Shown in pieces: positions 40,960 through 42,437 of a DNA stretch of 42,437 nucleotides. Below the pieces are notes generated by a model. It did no database searches, was not told the origin of the DNA, and saw only the letters and a list, made by a program, of their open reading frames with translations. This DNA is from a virus. The stretch lies in the IMG/VR virus record IMGVR_UViG_3300031578_000122, positions 1 to 42,437 of that record. One strand, written 5' to 3'. The first letter of the stretch is position 1; every line of letters starts with the position of its first letter. Position numbers and translations under genes: made by a program.

Positions 40960-41175
40960 ATGGAACAGCCATTTGAACTTGAAGATATTGAGGCCGTAAT
41001 AGTTATCATAAAGGCTAAGGGGAAACATTGGAGCATCATGCCTAAGCCTGGACGCAAGGAGGAAGGTAATAATTTACGTGTTGCCCTGGCTGTAGTCTTA
41101 CTGGAATCTCATAAAATAGTCATACCTTCATTGGAGGAAATACGTAAACAAAACAAAAAACAGCCATCCAAATAA
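40960..41175 (+). CDS. Hypothetical protein (71 aa)
   Basis: The ORF starts 2 nt after the ssb stop. Confidence 0.5.
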   Translation: MEQPFELEDIEAVIVIIKAKGKHWSIMPKPGRKEEGNNLRVALAVVLLESHKIVIPSLEEIRKQNKKQPSK

Positions 41176-41185
41176 AATCAATGAG

Positions 41186-41413
41186 ATGAGACTAAGGTTT
41201 TTAAACTATCGGAAATACAAAATGGGTAAGATGCCTTTAAGGTTTTATCTACCATGTTTCCATAAGTTTTGGAATGGTGAAATTTGGCATTTTACAATCT
41301 TTAGGGATTACGGTATTGAGTTGGATTTTAGGAAAGGCAGTATTATAGATTGGCTATTAACGAAAAAAGAAAAACAGGTCTTTTTAGAACGATGGTTTAT
41401 GAAACGTAATTAA
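41186..41413 (+). CDS. Hypothetical protein (75 aa)
   Basis: ORF at the start of the AT-rich accessory arm. Confidence 0.45.
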   Translation: MRLRFLNYRKYKMGKMPLRFYLPCFHKFWNGEIWHFTIFRDYGIELDFRKGSIIDWLLTKKEKQVFLERWFMKRN

Positions 41414-41463
41414 TATGGATAATTACGAACATTTATATAGCATTCAAAAGTTAAGGAGAAACA

Positions 41464-41628
41464 ATGAAACCGAAAATAAAATTATGTGATGGGTGTAATG
41501 TTAATCAGCCGTGGGAACATAGGTGTCATGGCGAAGGATGCTCTTGTGAGGAAATAGGATGTAAATATCACCAGGGTCGAATTAGTTATGATGAAGTGAT
41601 GAAAATTGTTAAAGAGGAACAGCCATGA
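41464..41628 (+). CDS. Small Cys/His-rich protein (54 aa), below the ORF-track cutoff
   Basis: An SD-like aaggag lies 7 nt upstream. Translation: MKPKIKLCDGCNVNQPWEHRCHGEGCSCEEIGCKYHQGRISYDEVMKIVKEEQP. The stop overlaps the next ATG (ATGA at 41625). Confidence 0.5.
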   Translation: MKPKIKLCDGCNVNQPWEHRCHGEGCSCEEIGCKYHQGRISYDEVMKIVKEEQP

Positions 41629-41963
41629 ATGAAATACAGCAATACAGGCAAGACTCTGCTAAGTGGATGGGATATGAGTATCGAATAGATAAAATTCCGT
41701 TTTACGAAAGTGATGGATCAGTTTCATACAATTCCTCTCCTAATTGGCATCCAGATGAATCCTATGAACAGATGCATATGATGTGGAATAAATTAAACAA
41801 TAAAGAAGTGTGTAATATTCATTGCAATGTTTGTAATGGAACATTAATAGAAATAGCACAGATAAAGCCCTGGGCAGAATTAGGTGAAGGGTGGGACAAA
41901 GATATCCGCATCGCCTTTATGAAAGCTTGGACTGAATATTATAAAGCCATAAGCCATGAATGA
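41625..41963 (+). CDS. Hypothetical protein (112 aa)
   Basis: ATGA coupling to the upstream small ORF. It contains CNIHCNVCNG. Confidence 0.5.
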   Translation: MNEIQQYRQDSAKWMGYEYRIDKIPFYESDGSVSYNSSPNWHPDESYEQMHMMWNKLNNKEVCNIHCNVCNGTLIEIAQIKPWAELGEGWDKDIRIAFMKAWTEYYKAISHE

Positions 41964-41987
41964 AATAACCAATAAAACAGAATAAAG

Positions 41988-42203
41988 ATGAAAACAGCAG
42001 AAGAATTTTTAAATGAAAAAATGGGAGATAAATCGAATTGGCCCGAACCCTATCCTACATTTAGGTCAGAACTTATTGACTGGATAGAATCCTATGCAAA
42101 GGAACATGCTAAAGCGGGATATAAAGCAGGTGTATTAAATGCTTATACCGTTTTAAATATAAATAAATCCTTTGAAGATTGGTACACTGAATACTTAAAA
42201 TAG
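41988..42203 (+). CDS. Hypothetical protein (71 aa)
   Basis: ATG ORF in the AT-rich arm. Confidence 0.5.
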   Translation: MKTAEEFLNEKMGDKSNWPEPYPTFRSELIDWIESYAKEHAKAGYKAGVLNAYTVLNINKSFEDWYTEYLK

Positions 42204-42210
42204 ATAAGAA

Positions 42211-42363
42211 ATGACAATTAAAAAGGCGATTGAAAAAATCATCAATCCTGACCACAGGCTTATACTTGCAAGTGAAACATCCTACAATGTAGATAAGAGG
42301 CTCAGGGATGCTATTCTTTTACTTGCTGAAGCTATTGATAAATTAAACGAAAGCCATGAATGA
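42211..42363 (+). CDS. Small hypothetical protein (50 aa), below the ORF-track cutoff
   Basis: Translation: MTIKKAIEKIINPDHRLILASETSYNVDKRLRDAILLLAEAIDKLNESHE. It runs into the terminal repeat, and its stop overlaps the ATG of the ORF equivalent to 31..246. Confidence 0.4.
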   Translation: MTIKKAIEKIINPDHRLILASETSYNVDKRLRDAILLLAEAIDKLNESHE

Positions 42364-42437
42364 AATAGAAAAGAAAGCAACAGAAATCGCTGAAAAAATA
42401 AGTGGTGTACAACCGAGAAATCCATTTGCAGAAGCTA
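42326..42437. repeat. Terminal direct repeat, copy 2 (identical to 1..112)
   Basis: Base-by-base comparison with the window start shows identity. Confidence 0.95.

Noticed and set aside
1-42437. Stop-codon reassignment (TAG or TGA recoding), as seen in some Bacteroidota-infecting phages.
   Set aside because: Standard-code ORFs tile the genome almost without gaps. Conserved proteins (terL, TMP, SSB, amidase) are full length with no in-frame stops.
1-42437. tRNA genes, CRISPR arrays, a diversity-generating retroelement, an integrase/attachment site, or a lysogeny switch.
   Set aside because: I found no tRNA-like T-arm or acceptor pattern in the intergenic regions and no spaced direct repeats. 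There is no reverse transcriptase, tyrosine or serine recombinase, or CI-like repressor motif in any ORF. A manual scan is imperfect for tRNAs.

Overview
The window is a complete, circularly closing genome of a tailed dsDNA phage. Its first 112 nt are identical to its last 112 nt, leaving 42,325 unique bp. All credible genes lie on the + strand and are tightly packed, with many ATGA/TAATG start-stop overlaps. Most starts lack a Shine-Dalgarno sequence and sit in A/T-rich leaders, and TAnnTTTG-type -7 boxes are present. This points to a Bacteroidota-type host (inference). No tRNA, rRNA, CRISPR array, integrase or reverse transcriptase was seen.

Modules in order:
- An AT-rich accessory arm of small ORFs with a free-standing HNH homing endonuclease (about 41180..42325 plus 1..1000).
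- A DUF1367-like gene.
- An insulated promoter-to-terminator cassette (2224..4370) encoding a sodium:solute-symporter-family permease translationally coupled to a signal-peptide-bearing, beta-barrel-like protein.
- A translationally coupled ParB-like / ParB(IbrB)-like / PAPS-reductase(IbrA-like) trio.
- Small and large terminase.
- Unassigned virion genes, then a tape-measure protein and a Mor-like regulator.
- A ClpP-type prohead protease, a putative major capsid protein and a putative portal.
- A GT42/DUF115-like protein plus a SAM methyltransferase embedded among the virion genes.
- Fibre proteins and a beta-helix depolymerase-like protein.
- A lysis cassette (holin, amidase, unimolecular spanin).
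- A terminator-bounded early operon (RadC-like JAB protein, acidic small proteins).
- A recombination/replication module: RHH regulator, SbcC-like ATPase, AAA_24/Sak4-like ATPase, PD-(D/E)XK nuclease, DnaQ-like exonuclease, HNH-DnaD-like initiator, DnaC-like loader and SSB.

The strongest candidates for an undescribed system are, in order:
1. The phage-borne symporter plus outer-membrane-type barrel cassette.
2. The ParB/ParB/PAPS-reductase trio next to the terminase.
3. The glycosyltransferase-like/methyltransferase pair inside the virion module.

All functional calls rest on motif recognition from memory and gene context. No database search was possible.
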